Below are positions 1 to 10,167 of a DNA stretch of 64,000 nucleotides, one piece after another. The translations under genes were made by a program, and so were the position numbers. The notes beneath the pieces were generated by a model. The model was not told the origin of the DNA and ran no database searches. It was given only the letters and a program-made list of their open reading frames with translations. The stretch's first letter is position 1; every line of letters starts with the position of its first letter. The stretch is from Pseudomonadota bacterium (GTDB taxonomy: Bacteria; Pseudomonadota; Alphaproteobacteria; CACIAM-22H2): the NCBI GenBank assembly GCA_041178225.1, contig JBEGVV010000086.1:472-64471 (forward strand), given 5' to 3'.

Positions 1-1330
1 CGCAGAACACGACGACTGGCCTGCCGGGCGCGGCGCATTTCGCGCCGATCGCCGCGGGGAAGGACCAGCCGAGCGATCCGGCCGCGCGCAGGTAGGATTG
101 GCGCGGCGAGGGCAGCTCCACCAGCGTGCCCGTCCAGATCCCCGAATAGCCGGTGTCGCTGACGAGGATCGCGTCCTCCGGCAGGGCGCGGGAGAGCTCG
201 GCGCAGAGCCGCTCTGGCCGGATCGGCGCATCGTCGCTGGCGAGGAGCGGCGCGACCTCCTGCCGCCATGCCGCGACCTGCGCCGCGGCATGGCGCGCCC
301 AGCTCGTCGCGTGGCGCCTGCGCACCGATGCCGCGAGCGCCGCGGCGGCGAGGCCCGGATCGGCGAGGATGGGCAGCGCGCCCGGCAGGTTGCGGCCGAG
401 CTCCGCGGGATCGATGTCGACCTGGATCGCGGGCGTGCCTTGCGGCGGCACGGTCCAGTCGGCGGTCACCTGGTCGCCGACGCCCGTGCCGAGCCACACG
501 ACGAGGTCGGCCGCGTGCGCGACGCGGTTGGCGCAGGGCGCGGAATAGGTGCCGATCACGCCGAGCGACAGGCGATGGGTCGTCGGCACGATGCCGCGCC
601 CGCCCAGCGACGTGGCGACCGGCGCGTCGAGCGCCTCGGCCAGCGCGAGCACCGCGCCATGCGCGCCGGCCTGCACCGCGCCCCAGCCGCAGACGACCAG
701 CGGCCGCTCGGCGCGGTCGATCGCCGCGGCCGCGGCGGCGATGTCCGCCGGATCGGGCAGCGGCCGGAAGGCGGGCGCGACGGCGAAGCGCGGCTCGGGC
801 AGGGGCGGCGCGGCGAAGGAGGCGGTCTCGACGATCTCGCCCTGCAGGCCGGCGAGGTCGAGATGCACGGGCCGCGGCGAGCCGGTGGTCGCCTCGCGGA
901 AGGCCTGCGCGAGAAGGCCGGGCAGCTGCGCGGGATCGTCGACGCGGGCCGAGAACTTGGTCGTCGCCGCGAAGGGCGGCCCGTGCTCGATCTCCTGGTA
1001 GGCGTTGCGGTGCTGGAACGCGGGCGCCTTCCGGCCGGTGAGCGCGATCACCGGGCTGCGCGCGAGGAAGGGGTCCTGCAGCCCGGCGCCGAGATTGGCG
1101 GCGCCCACGGACTGCGCCATGCAGATGCCCGGCCGGCCGCCGGCGCGCGCGTAGCCGTCGGCCATGTAGGCGGCGGCCTTCTCGGAATGCGCCATGACCC
1201 GCACGATGCCGAGCGCCTCGAACTCGACCAGCGCGCGACGCAGGATCGCGTCGACGAAGAAGACGTGGCCGACCCCCTGGCCGCGCAGCGCCTCGGCGAG
1301 GAAGCGCGCGCCGGTGAGCTGCTCGGCCAT
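1..1330 (-). CDS. thiamine-pyrophosphate-dependent enzyme (acetolactate-synthase-large-subunit-like); N-terminal part, gene continues past window start
   Basis: minus-strand frame reads MAEQLTGARFLAEALRGQGVGHVFFVDAI...AAYMADGYARAGGRPGICMAQSVGAANLGAGLQDPF, the TPP Pyr-domain signature; GGAGG is ~5 nt upstream of ATG (revcomp of cat at 1328-1330); absent from ORF track because it runs off the edge. Confidence 0.75.
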   Translation of the reverse strand, partial: MAEQLTGARFLAEALRGQGVGHVFFVDAILRRALVEFEALGIVRVMAHSEKAAAYMADGYARAGGRPGICMAQSVGAANLGAGLQDPFLARSPVIALTGRKAPAFQHRNAYQEIEHGPPFAATTKFSARVDDPAQLPGLLAQAFREATTGSPRPVHLDLAGLQGEIVETASFAAPPLPEPRFAVAPAFRPLPDPADIAAAAAAIDRAERPLVVCGWGAVQAGAHGAVLALAEALDAPVATSLGGRGIVPTTHRLSLGVIGTYSAPCANRVAHAADLVVWLGTGVGDQVTADWTVPPQGTPAIQVDIDPAELGRNLPGALPILADPGLAAAALAASVRRRHATSWARHAAAQVAAWRQEVAPLLASDDAPIRPERLCAELSRALPEDAILVSDTGYSGIWTGTLVELPSPRQSYLRAAGSLGWSFPAAIGAKCAAPGRPVVVFC

Positions 1331-1352
1331 GCGCGCCTCCCCCCGTGCCGGC

Positions 1353-3221
1353 TCAGAACGCCTTGCGCGTGCCCGGGCGGTGGCGGTTGGACGGCACGAA
1401 GCCCGAGCGCGCCGCCTCGCGCGGCTCGCGCACCCAGACCTCGCGGCCGGGATGCAGCCCGCCGCCGCGCGTCGCGGGCACCGCGAGATGGCGCGCGCGG
1501 TGCAGCAGGCGCGTGTCGGCGACGCCGCAATTCGGGTGGATGCCGCCATTGGCGGCGACCACCTTCTCCCATGCGGCCTTGCGGCGCGCGAGCGTCGCGG
1601 GATCCTTGAGCGCGGTGCAGTCCAGCGTGTTGGCGTTGAGGTCGGCGACGATCTCGTCGCCGTCCTCGATGAAGGCGATCGGGCCGCCCAGCGCGGCCTC
1701 GGGCCCGACATGGCCGATCACCAGGCCGACCGAGCCGCCCGAGAAGCGCGCGTCGGTCATCAGCGCGACGACGATGCCGCGCTCGCGGCACAGCGTCGTG
1801 ATGCGCGAGGTCGGGTCGAGCATCTCGGGCATGCCCGGCGCGCCGCTCGGTCCTTCGTAGCGCACGATGATCATGTCGTGGTTGCGGAAGGAATCCGGCG
1901 CCTTGTCGAGCGCCTCGAGCAGGCCGCGCTCGCCCTCGAAGACGCGCGCCCTGCCGCGGAAGACGTTGTCCTCCAGCCCGCCCTCGACGCCCGCGAGCTT
2001 GAGGATCGCGGAGAAGTCGGGCGAGAGGTTGCCGCCGAGCATGCGCAGGCCGCCGGTCGGCTTGTAGGGCTTGTCCACGGAATGGATCACCTCGCCATCG
2101 GCGCGCGGCGGGGCGAGGCGCGCGACCTGCGCGGCGAGCGTCTCGCCGGTGCAGGTCAGGACGTCGCCATTCAGCAGGCCGGCGTCGAGCAGTTCGCGCA
2201 CGATGACCTGCACGCCGCCGACGCGGTCGATGTCGACCATCGAATGCTTGCCGTAGGGCCGGGCGTTGGTCAGCACGGGGACGACGTGCTGCGAGAGGTG
2301 GTTGAACTCCTCCGGCGTCATCACGTCCTTCCAGAAATCCGCGAAGCCCGCGGCGCGCGCGATCTCCGGCACGTGCAGCACGACATTGGTCGAGCCGCCG
2401 ATCGCCATCGAGACGATCACCGCGTTGCGGATCGAATCGCGCACGACGATGTCGCGCGGCCTGAGGCCGCGCTCCATCAGCCGCGCCAGGTGGCCGACCA
2501 GCTCCTGCGGGAACTCCTTCAGCCGGCGCGGGTCGTCGGAGGGCGCGGCGACCATGTGCAGCGGCTGCATGCCGACGACGCCGATGAAGGTCTGCATCGT
2601 GTTGTAGGTGAACATGCCGCCGCAGCTGCCGATGCCCGGGCAGGCGTTGCAGGCGATGCGATGGCGCAGCGCCTCGTCGGGATGGCCCGCGACCTGGTAG
2701 GCGCTGACGATGTCCAGCGCCTCGCCGGTCGCCGGGTCCTTGCCCGGGCGGATCGTGCCGTCGGACATGATGATGCCCGGCTCGTTGTGCTCGAGCAGCG
2801 CCGCGAGCGTGCCGACCGGGGGCTTGTCGCAGGCGACGACGGCGATCGTCCCGGCGAGGCCGGTGCCCTCGAGATGCTCGCACAGCGCGTCGTTGGTGAC
2901 CTCGCGGCCGATCAGCGAGTAGCGCATCTCGCGCGTGCCGTTGCGGATGCCGTCGGAGACCGCGACCGTGTATTCCGGCTGCACGAGGCGCAGCGGCAGC
3001 TGGCCCGGGCCCTTGCCGATGCGGGCCTTCAGCGCCTCGTGGATCGCATCCACCTTCGCCATCACGCCGAGATAGCACTGGCTGTCGCCCTTCGTGCCGA
3101 CGACGCCAACCGAGGGCTCGTGGATCAGGTCGGGATCGGTCCCGAGCACGATGGCGAGGCCGTGGGTCTGGGCCGAGCGGCCGGGATGGCGGTCGATGCG
3201 CACGATCTTGGAACGGGTCAC
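1353..3221 (-). CDS. IlvD/EDD-family dehydratase (dihydroxy-acid / sugar-acid dehydratase)
   Basis: track ORF 1353..3287(-); CPGIGSCGGMFTYNTMQ [Fe-S] loop and conserved SDGTIRPG / GGPIAFIEDGD blocks; likely GTG start at 3221 (VTRSKIV) preceded by GAGGAAAAGCC; 21 nt upstream of the TPP-enzyme gene. Confidence 0.85.
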   Translation of the reverse strand: MTRSKIVRIDRHPGRSAQTHGLAIVLGTDPDLIHEPSVGVVGTKGDSQCYLGVMAKVDAIHEALKARIGKGPGQLPLRLVQPEYTVAVSDGIRNGTREMRYSLIGREVTNDALCEHLEGTGLAGTIAVVACDKPPVGTLAALLEHNEPGIIMSDGTIRPGKDPATGEALDIVSAYQVAGHPDEALRHRIACNACPGIGSCGGMFTYNTMQTFIGVVGMQPLHMVAAPSDDPRRLKEFPQELVGHLARLMERGLRPRDIVVRDSIRNAVIVSMAIGGSTNVVLHVPEIARAAGFADFWKDVMTPEEFNHLSQHVVPVLTNARPYGKHSMVDIDRVGGVQVIVRELLDAGLLNGDVLTCTGETLAAQVARLAPPRADGEVIHSVDKPYKPTGGLRMLGGNLSPDFSAILKLAGVEGGLEDNVFRGRARVFEGERGLLEALDKAPDSFRNHDMIIVRYEGPSGAPGMPEMLDPTSRITTLCRERGIVVALMTDARFSGGSVGLVIGHVGPEAALGGPIAFIEDGDEIVADLNANTLDCTALKDPATLARRKAAWEKVVAANGGIHPNCGVADTRLLHRARHLAVPATRGGGLHPGREVWVREPREAARSGFVPSNRHRPGTRKAF

Positions 3222-3475
3222 GGCTTTTCCTCGGCGATTTGCGGGGAGGCGATCTCCAGCCGGCATCTGCCCGGCCGGATGGCGCACCTCAAAATATATC
3301 GCCGGGAACCTCCGCGCGATGCAAGCTCATGGCGCGCATGGGGGACCTCCGGGCGCGGCATCGGCGCGCGCCGAATGCGGTGGACGGCGCGGATCCCCCG
3401 GCGTTGAATCGGGCACCCCGCGTCGTGTCGCCGCCACGCCCGGCACCGCGCCGACGCCAGCCACGGAGGACGGGC

Positions 3476-6400
3476 ATGGATGCCGAGGCTTCCCGGCTCG
3501 GCGAGCTGCGCGCGGCGATCCGCGCCGCCTGTCGCCGACCCGAGGCCGAGTGCCTGCCGCCGCTGCTCGACGCCGCGGCGCCGTCGCCATCCGAGGCCGC
3601 CGCCGCCGCGCGCCTCGCCGCCGACCTCGTCGCGCGGCTGCGCGCGCGCCCGCGCGCGATCGGCGTCGAGGCGCTGGTCCACGAATACGCGCTCTCCTCG
3701 CCCGAGGGCGTCGCGCTGATGTGCCTCGCCGAGGCGCTGCTGCGCATCCCGGACGACGCGACGCGCGACGCGCTCATCCGCGACAAGGTCGCGCGTGGCG
3801 ACTGGCGCGCGCATCTCGGCCATGGCGCGCCGCTCTTCGTCAACGCGGCGACCTGGGGCCTGCTCGTCACGGGGCGGCTCGTCGCGGCGGAGACGGAGGA
3901 TGGGCTCGGCGCCGCGCTCACGCGGCTGCTCGCGCGCGGCGGCGAGCCGGTGATCCGCAGGGCGATGGACCTCGCGATGCGGCTGATGGGCGAGCAGTTC
4001 GTGTCCGGCGAGACCATCGCGCAGGCCATCGCCGGCTCGGCGCCGCGCGAGGCGGCGGGGTTCCGCTTCTCCTACGACATGCTGGGCGAGGCGGCGGCCA
4101 CGGCCGACGACGCGGCGCGCTACCTCGCCAGCTACGAGGAGGCGATCGCCGCGATCTCCGCCGCGAACGCGGGCCGCGGGCCGGTCGCCGGCCCCGGCAT
4201 CTCGGTGAAGCTCTCCGCGCTGCATCCGCGCTACGCGCGCAGCCAGCGCGCGCGCGTCATGGGCGAGCTGCTGCCGCGCCTCGCCGGCCTCGCGCACGCC
4301 GCCGCGCGCGGTGGCATCGGCTTCAACATAGACGCCGAGGAGAGCGACCGCCTCGACATCTCCCTCGACCTGCTCGAGGCGCTGGCGAAGGACCCGTCGC
4401 TCGCGGGCTGGGACGGGCTCGGCTTCGTCGTGCAGGCCTATGGCAGGCGCGCGCCCTTCGTCGTCGACTGGGTCGTCGACCTCGCGCGTGCGACCGGCCG
4501 GCGGGTGATGCTGCGGCTGGTGAAGGGCGCCTACTGGGACAGCGAGGTCAAGCGCGCGCAGGCGGAGGGCCAGCAGGACTTCCCGGTCTTCACGCGCAAG
4601 GTCCACACCGACGTCTCCTACCTGGCCTGCGCGCGCCGCCTGCTGGCCGCGCGCGACGCGGTGTTCCCGCAATTCGCCACGCACAACGCGCAGACGCTCG
4701 CGGCGGTGATGGCGATGGCGGGGCCGGGCTTCCGCGACGGCGACTACGAGTTCCAGTGCCTGCACGGCATGGGAGAGCCGCTCTACGAGCACGTCGTCGG
4801 GCCGCTCGCCCGGCCCTGCCGCGTCTACGCGCCGGTCGGCACCCACGAGACGCTGCTCGCCTACCTGGTGCGGCGCCTGCTCGAGAACGGCGCCAATTCC
4901 TCCTTCGTGAACCGCATCCGCGACGCGCATGCGCGGATCGAGGACCTCGTCGCCGATCCGGTCGCGATGGCGCGCGCCATCGTCCCGGTGGGCGCGCCGC
5001 ATCCGGCGATCGCCCTGCCGCGCGACCTCCATGGCGCCGCGCGCCGCAACTCCGCCGGGCTCGACCTCGCCGACGAGGACACGATCGCCGCGCTCGAGGC
5101 CGCGCTCGCGGCGTCGCGCCTGCGCCATGTCGACCTGCCGGGCGGGGGGACCGCGCGGGCCATCACCAACCCGGCGGATCCGCGCGACCGCGTCGGCACG
5201 GCCCGCGACGCGGCGCCCGCGGCGATCGACTCCGCGATCGCCGCGGCGACGTCCGCCGCCGCGTCCTGGTCCTCCACGCCCGCGCCCGCGCGCGCCGCCA
5301 TCCTGCGTCGCGCCGCGGACGGGCTCGAGGCGGCGCGGCCGGAGCTCCTTCCGCTCCTCGTGCGCGAGGCCGGCAAGACGCTGCCCAACGCCGTGGCCGA
5401 GCTGCGCGAGGCGGTCGACTTCCTGCGCTACTACGCGGCCGGCGCCGAGGCGATGCCGGACGCGCCGTCGCTGGGGGTCGTCGCCTGCATCTCGCCCTGG
5501 AACTTCCCGCTGGCCATCTTCACGGGGCAGGTCGCGGCGGCGCTCGCGGCCGGCAACACCGTGCTCGCGAAGCCGGCGGAGGAGACGCCGCTGGTGGCCG
5601 CCGCCGCGACGCGCCTCCTGCACGAGGCCGGGGTGCCGCGCGACGCGCTCGCCCTGCTTTCCGGCGCGGGCGAGGTGGGCGCGGCGCTGGTCGCGGATCC
5701 GCGCGTGCAGGGCGTCGTCTTCACCGGCTCCACGGAGGTGGCGCGCGCCATCCAGCGCGTGCTCGCCGGGCGGCTGGCGCATGGCGGCGCGCCGGTGCAG
5801 CTCATCGCGGAGACCGGCGGGATCAACGCCATGGTGGTCGACAGCTCGGCGCTGCCCGAGCAGGCCGTCGCCGACATCCTCGCCTCCGCCTTCGACAGCG
5901 CGGGGCAGCGCTGCTCGGCGCTGCGCGTGCTCTGCGTGCAGGACGATGCCGCGGACAGGCTCCTTGGCATGCTGCGCGGCGCCATGCGCGAGCTGTCGAT
6001 CGGCGACCCGGCGCGCCTCGCGACCGACATCGGCCCGGTGATCACCGACGCGGCGCGCGAGGCCATCCTCGCCCATGTGGCGTCGATGCGCGCGCGCGGC
6101 TTCGTGGTCGATGCGCCGGAGGCACCGCCAGGCCGCTTCGTCGCCCCGACGCTCGTCGAGGTCGGCCGCGTCGCGGACGTGGGGCGCGAGGTCTTCGGGC
6201 CGGTGCTGCACGTCCTGCGCTACCGGCGGGAGGCGCTCGACGCGTTGCTCGAGGACATCGGCGCGTCCGGATACGCGCTCACCTTCGGCCTGCATACGCG
6301 CCTCGACGGCACCGTCGCGCGGGTGCTCTCGCGCGTCGCGGCGGGGAACTGCTACGTGAACCGCAACATCGTCGGCGCCACCGTGGGCGTGCAGCCCTTT

Positions 6401-6919
6401 GGCGGCTCGGGCCTGTCTGGCACCGGGCCGAAGGCGGGCGGGCCGCTCTACCTCGCGCGGCTGAAGGCGGGGCCGGTCGCGCTCTCGGTATCCGGCGGCG
6501 AACTCGCGGGCCCGGTCGGCGAGGCCAACCGCTACGAGTTGCGCCCGCGCGGCCGCGTTGCGGCGATGGCGCGCGAGGCCGCGGCGCTGCGCGGCCAGGT
6601 CGACGCGATCCTCGCGGCCGGGAACCGCGCGCTGGTCGACGCCGCGAACCCCGCACGCGCGGCCGTGGCGGGGCGCGCGGGCGTCGAACTCGTGGCCGAT
6701 CCGCTCGCCGACCCGGCGCTGCGCGCCGTCGCGAGCGACGACGAGGGCGAGGCGCTGCTCGCGCTGCTGCGCCGGCTCGCGGCGCGCGAGGGCGCCATCG
6801 TCCCGGTCATCCCCGGCGGCGCCGGTGGCTGCGATCCGCTGCGCCTGGTCGAGGAGCGCGTCGTCTCCACCAACACCGCCGCCGCCGGCGGAAACGCGAG
6901 CCTGATGGCGCTGGAGTGA
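3476..6919 (+). CDS. putA: bifunctional proline dehydrogenase / delta-1-pyrroline-5-carboxylate dehydrogenase PutA
   Basis: in-frame Met80 of track ORF 3239..6919 with GGAGG upstream; N-terminal arm/alpha domain (SPEGVALMCLAEALLRIPD), PRODH barrel, C-terminal aldehyde dehydrogenase (catalytic Cys in GQRCSA; ISPWNFP). Confidence 0.93.
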   Translation: MDAEASRLGELRAAIRAACRRPEAECLPPLLDAAAPSPSEAAAAARLAADLVARLRARPRAIGVEALVHEYALSSPEGVALMCLAEALLRIPDDATRDALIRDKVARGDWRAHLGHGAPLFVNAATWGLLVTGRLVAAETEDGLGAALTRLLARGGEPVIRRAMDLAMRLMGEQFVSGETIAQAIAGSAPREAAGFRFSYDMLGEAAATADDAARYLASYEEAIAAISAANAGRGPVAGPGISVKLSALHPRYARSQRARVMGELLPRLAGLAHAAARGGIGFNIDAEESDRLDISLDLLEALAKDPSLAGWDGLGFVVQAYGRRAPFVVDWVVDLARATGRRVMLRLVKGAYWDSEVKRAQAEGQQDFPVFTRKVHTDVSYLACARRLLAARDAVFPQFATHNAQTLAAVMAMAGPGFRDGDYEFQCLHGMGEPLYEHVVGPLARPCRVYAPVGTHETLLAYLVRRLLENGANSSFVNRIRDAHARIEDLVADPVAMARAIVPVGAPHPAIALPRDLHGAARRNSAGLDLADEDTIAALEAALAASRLRHVDLPGGGTARAITNPADPRDRVGTARDAAPAAIDSAIAAATSAAASWSSTPAPARAAILRRAADGLEAARPELLPLLVREAGKTLPNAVAELREAVDFLRYYAAGAEAMPDAPSLGVVACISPWNFPLAIFTGQVAAALAAGNTVLAKPAEETPLVAAAATRLLHEAGVPRDALALLSGAGEVGAALVADPRVQGVVFTGSTEVARAIQRVLAGRLAHGGAPVQLIAETGGINAMVVDSSALPEQAVADILASAFDSAGQRCSALRVLCVQDDAADRLLGMLRGAMRELSIGDPARLATDIGPVITDAAREAILAHVASMRARGFVVDAPEAPPGRFVAPTLVEVGRVADVGREVFGPVLHVLRYRREALDALLEDIGASGYALTFGLHTRLDGTVARVLSRVAAGNCYVNRNIVGATVGVQPFGGSGLSGTGPKAGGPLYLARLKAGPVALSVSGGELAGPVGEANRYELRPRGRVAAMAREAAALRGQVDAILAAGNRALVDAANPARAAVAGRAGVELVADPLADPALRAVASDDEGEALLALLRRLAAREGAIVPVIPGGAGGCDPLRLVEERVVSTNTAAAGGNASLMALE

Positions 6920-6950
6920 GGTGGTGGCGGGACCGGTCGGTCTCCCTGCC

Positions 6951-7721
6951 TCAGATCTTCACGCTCATGCCGCCATCGACGACGAGGACGTGGCCGGTGC
7001 AGTAGGCGGAGGCGTCGCTCGCGAGGAAGACGATGGCGCCGTCGAGCTCGTCCTCGCGGCCCCAGCGACGCAGCGCAGTGCGCGCGGCGAACCAGTCGCG
7101 CTTCCCGGGGTCCGCGCGCAGGGGCGTCGCCATGTTGTCCGGCGTCATCATGTAGCCGGGCGCGATGGCGTTCACCGTGACGCCGCGCGGCCCCCATTCG
7201 ACCGCGAGCGCGCGCGTCATGCCCTCGAGCCCCGCCTTGGCCGCGCAGTAGCTGGCATTGGCCTCGCGGGCGATGTGCGCGTTGACCGAGGAGATGTTCA
7301 CCACGCGGCCCCAGCCGCGGCGGAGCATGCCCACCGACGCCGCGCGCGCGAGGCGGAAGCAGGCGTTGAGGTCGACCTCGACGATCTCCGCCCATTGCGC
7401 GTCGGTGGTCTCGCTCGCCGTGATGCCGTTCCCGTAGCCGGCGTTGTTCACGAGGATGTCGAGATGGCCGCGTTCCGCCTCGATCCGGTCGACCGCGGCC
7501 TGCGTCGCCGCCGCATCGGTCGTGTCGAAGGCCATCGCGCTTGCCTCGCCGCCCGCGGCGACGATCGCCTTGCGCGTCGCCTCGATGCCCGCCTCGTTGC
7601 GTCCATTGACCACGACATGCGCGCCGCAGCGCGCGAGCGCCATGGCCATCGCGCGCCCAAGGCCGCGCGACGCGCCGGTCACGAGCGCGACACGTCCCGC
7701 CAGCGAGAAGATCCCCGTCAT
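6951..7721 (-). CDS. SDR-family oxidoreductase (gluconate-5-dehydrogenase-like)
   Basis: TGASRGLG Rossmann motif, NNAG, catalytic YxxxK (YCAAK); 256 aa. Confidence 0.88.
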   Translation of the reverse strand: MTGIFSLAGRVALVTGASRGLGRAMAMALARCGAHVVVNGRNEAGIEATRKAIVAAGGEASAMAFDTTDAAATQAAVDRIEAERGHLDILVNNAGYGNGITASETTDAQWAEIVEVDLNACFRLARAASVGMLRRGWGRVVNISSVNAHIAREANASYCAAKAGLEGMTRALAVEWGPRGVTVNAIAPGYMMTPDNMATPLRADPGKRDWFAARTALRRWGREDELDGAIVFLASDASAYCTGHVLVVDGGMSVKI

Positions 7722-7795
7722 CCCCGTCCTCCCTCGCGTCGCCGCGGTGCCGCGCTTGCCGCGGCCGCTCGGCGACGCCTAACCTGCCGCGCAGC

Positions 7796-9202
7796 ATGAC
7801 CGCGCCGCATCCCGAGGCAACAGGAACATTCGACGTCGCGGTCATCGGCGCGGGCGTGGTCGGCTGCGCGGTGGCGCGTGAATTCGCGCTCGCCGGGCTG
7901 CGCGTGGCGCTGCTCGAGCGCGGCGCGGACATCCTGTCCGGCGCGAGCAAGGCGAACAGCGCCATCCTCCACACCGGCTTCGACGCGCCGACGGGCAGCC
8001 TCGAGCTCGCCTGCATGCGCGAGGGTGCGCGCCGCTACCGCGCGATGCACGAGGAGGCGGGGCTGCCGCTGCTGGAGACGGGCGCGCTGCTCGCGGCCTG
8101 GACGCCGCGCGACCACGAGGCGCTGCCCGGCATCGTCGCGCAGGCCCATGCCAACGGCGTCGCGGATGTCCGGCAGGTCGGCGTCGACGAGGCGCGCGCG
8201 ATCGAGCCCGGCCTCGCGCCGGGGTTGCTCGGCGCGGTGGTCGTGCCGGGCGAGGCGATCATCGACCCGTGGTCGGCGCCGCTCGCCTATGCGCTGGACG
8301 CGATCGCGCAGGGCGCGCGCGTGCTGCGCGATGCAGAGGTCACGGGCGGACGGCGCGAGGACGGGGCCTGGACGCTCGCGACGACGCGCGGCGCGTTGCG
8401 CGCGCGGGTGGTCGCCAATTGCGCCGGGCTGCGCGGCGACCTCGTCGAGGCGATCGCGCGGCCGAGCCCCTTCGAGATCCGCCCGCGCAAGGGCCAGTTC
8501 GTCGTGCTCGACAAGACGGCGCGCCGGCATGTCCGCTCGATCGTGCTGCCGGTGCCCGACGCGCGCACCAAGGGCGTGCTCGTCTGCCCCACGATCTTCG
8601 GCAACGTGCTGGTCGGCCCGACCGCCGAGGAGCAGCCGGATCGCGAGCGCGCCGGGCTGGACGCGGAGGTGCTCGCCCGGCTCGTCGCGCAGGGAAGCCG
8701 CATCGTGCCGGCGCTCGCGACGGAGCCGGTGACCGCCGCCTATGCCGGGCTGCGGCCGGCGACGCAGCACAAGGACTACGTGGTCGAGGCAGTGCGCGAG
8801 GCCGGCTGGATCTCGATCGGTGGCATCCGCTCGACCGGCCTGACCGCCGCGCTCGGCATCGCCGCGCATGCGCTCGACCTGCACGCGGAGCATTTCGGCC
8901 TGCCGCCGCGCCCGCCGCGCGTCGCCACGCCGCGCATGCCGAATCTCGCCGAGCACCTGCCGCGGCCATGGATGCGTCCCGGGCGCGACGAGATCGTCTG
9001 CCATTGCGAGGGCGTCACGCGCGCGGAGATCGCCGCGGCGCTCGAGGGGCCCTTGCCGGCGGGCGACGTCGGCGGCCTCAGGCGGCGCACGCGCTGCATG
9101 CTCGGGCGCTGCCAGGGCTTCCACTGCATGCGCCGCGTGATGGAGATCGCCGCGCCGTCGCTTCCCGGCCTCGTCGAGCCGGTCGCCGGGGCGCGCGGGT
9201 GA
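7796..9202 (+). CDS. FAD-dependent oxidoreductase with C-terminal BFD-like [2Fe-2S]-binding domain (GlpA / HcnC / OoxB-like)
   Basis: N-terminal FDVAVIGAGVVGCAVA dinucleotide fold; C-terminal CHCEGVTRAEIAAAL...CMLGRCQGFHC BFD-type cluster motif. Confidence 0.8.
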   Translation: MTAPHPEATGTFDVAVIGAGVVGCAVAREFALAGLRVALLERGADILSGASKANSAILHTGFDAPTGSLELACMREGARRYRAMHEEAGLPLLETGALLAAWTPRDHEALPGIVAQAHANGVADVRQVGVDEARAIEPGLAPGLLGAVVVPGEAIIDPWSAPLAYALDAIAQGARVLRDAEVTGGRREDGAWTLATTRGALRARVVANCAGLRGDLVEAIARPSPFEIRPRKGQFVVLDKTARRHVRSIVLPVPDARTKGVLVCPTIFGNVLVGPTAEEQPDRERAGLDAEVLARLVAQGSRIVPALATEPVTAAYAGLRPATQHKDYVVEAVREAGWISIGGIRSTGLTAALGIAAHALDLHAEHFGLPPRPPRVATPRMPNLAEHLPRPWMRPGRDEIVCHCEGVTRAEIAAALEGPLPAGDVGGLRRRTRCMLGRCQGFHCMRRVMEIAAPSLPGLVEPVAGARG

Positions 9203-10167
9203 GGCGCTCCGTCGTCATCGTCGGCGGCGGCCCCGCGGGGCTCAGCGCCGCGCGCGTGCTCGCCGCGGCGGGGCTGCGCGACGTGCTCGTGCTCGAGCGC
9301 AATCCCGCGGCAGGCGGCGTGCCCCGCTTCTGCGGCCATCGCGGCTGGGGCATGCTGGATTTCGGTCGTTTCTGGACCGGGCCGGGCTACGCGGCCCGGC
9401 TGGTGCAGTCGGCGTCCGGCGCTGAGATCCGCACCAACGCGAGCGTGCTGGCGCTGCATCCGGGAGGCGAGCTCGATGTCTCGACGCCAGCTGGCATCGA
9501 GCGGGTCGCGGCGCGCGTGGTGCTGCTCGCCACGGGCACGCGCGAGTCGCCGCGCGCGGCCCGCCTGCTGCCCGGCACGAGGCCCTGGGGCGTGCTGAAC
9601 ACCGGCGCCTTCCAGGAGATGGCCCATGCCGGCGGCATGGTTCCCTTCCGCCGGCCGGCGATCATCGGGGGCGAGCTCGTCGGCTTCTCCGCGCTGCTCA
9701 CCGCGCGCCATGCCGGGATCCGGCCCGTGGCCCTGGTCGAGGAGGGCGCGCGGGTCGCCGCGCCCTGGCCTGCCGCCCTCGTCGCGCGCCTCGCCTTCGG
9801 CGTGCCGGTGCTCGCCGGCGCGCGCATCCTGGGCATCGAGGGCGGCGCCCGCGTCGAGGCGCTGCGCGTCGAGCATGGCGGACGCGAGCGGGTGATCACC
9901 TGCGACGGCGTCGTCGTCTCCGGGCGCTTCCTGCCCGACGCCGCCTTCGTGCGCACCAGCCATCTCGGCATGGACGGATCGACCGGCGGCCCAGCGGTCG
10001 ACGCGGACGGGCGATGCACCGATCCCGCCTTCTTCGCGGCGGGCAACGTCCTGCGCCCGGCGCGGCATTCCGGGGCCGTGGCGCGCGAGGGCATGGCCGC
10101 GGCGCGCGCGATCCTCCGCGCGCTGGATCGCGATGCCGTCGCATCCGCGCATGGGGCGGCGCGATGA
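9199..10167 (+). CDS. FAD/NAD(P)-binding oxidoreductase (pyridine-nucleotide-disulfide-type), translationally coupled partner of preceding flavoprotein
   Basis: GTG at aa 311 of track ORF 8269..10167 overlaps upstream stop (GTGA); VVIVGGGPAGLSAARVLA Rossmann motif; 322 aa. Confidence 0.7.
   Translation: MRRSVVIVGGGPAGLSAARVLAAAGLRDVLVLERNPAAGGVPRFCGHRGWGMLDFGRFWTGPGYAARLVQSASGAEIRTNASVLALHPGGELDVSTPAGIERVAARVVLLATGTRESPRAARLLPGTRPWGVLNTGAFQEMAHAGGMVPFRRPAIIGGELVGFSALLTARHAGIRPVALVEEGARVAAPWPAALVARLAFGVPVLAGARILGIEGGARVEALRVEHGGRERVITCDGVVVSGRFLPDAAFVRTSHLGMDGSTGGPAVDADGRCTDPAFFAAGNVLRPARHSGAVAREGMAAARAILRALDRDAVASAHGAAR

Noticed and set aside
1300-1340. Apparent +1 frameshift right after the ATG of the TPP-enzyme gene on my first manual read
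   Set aside because: Re-derivation from the supplied plus-strand ORF translation (1194..3407: ...APVSCSAMRAS...) shows the sequence is in frame (ATG GCC GAG CAG CTC ACC...). The frameshift was a transcription slip on my side, so no pseudogene is called.
3476-3700. N-terminal DNA-binding (ribbon-helix-helix) domain that would make PutA trifunctional
   Set aside because: The N-terminus looks like the standard arm/alpha-domain of bifunctional PutA, and the protein (1147 aa) is shorter than trifunctional PutAs (~1320 aa). No RHH signature was recognised.
98-7005. Very long ORFs in other frames or on the antisense strand (98..1609+, 1048..3078-, 1194..3407+, 3094..7005+, 3218..6295-)
   Set aside because: Arg/Ala/Gly/Pro-rich translations typical of stop-codon-poor high-GC DNA. 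They overlap well-supported genes (IlvD/EDD, putA) that carry clear family motifs.
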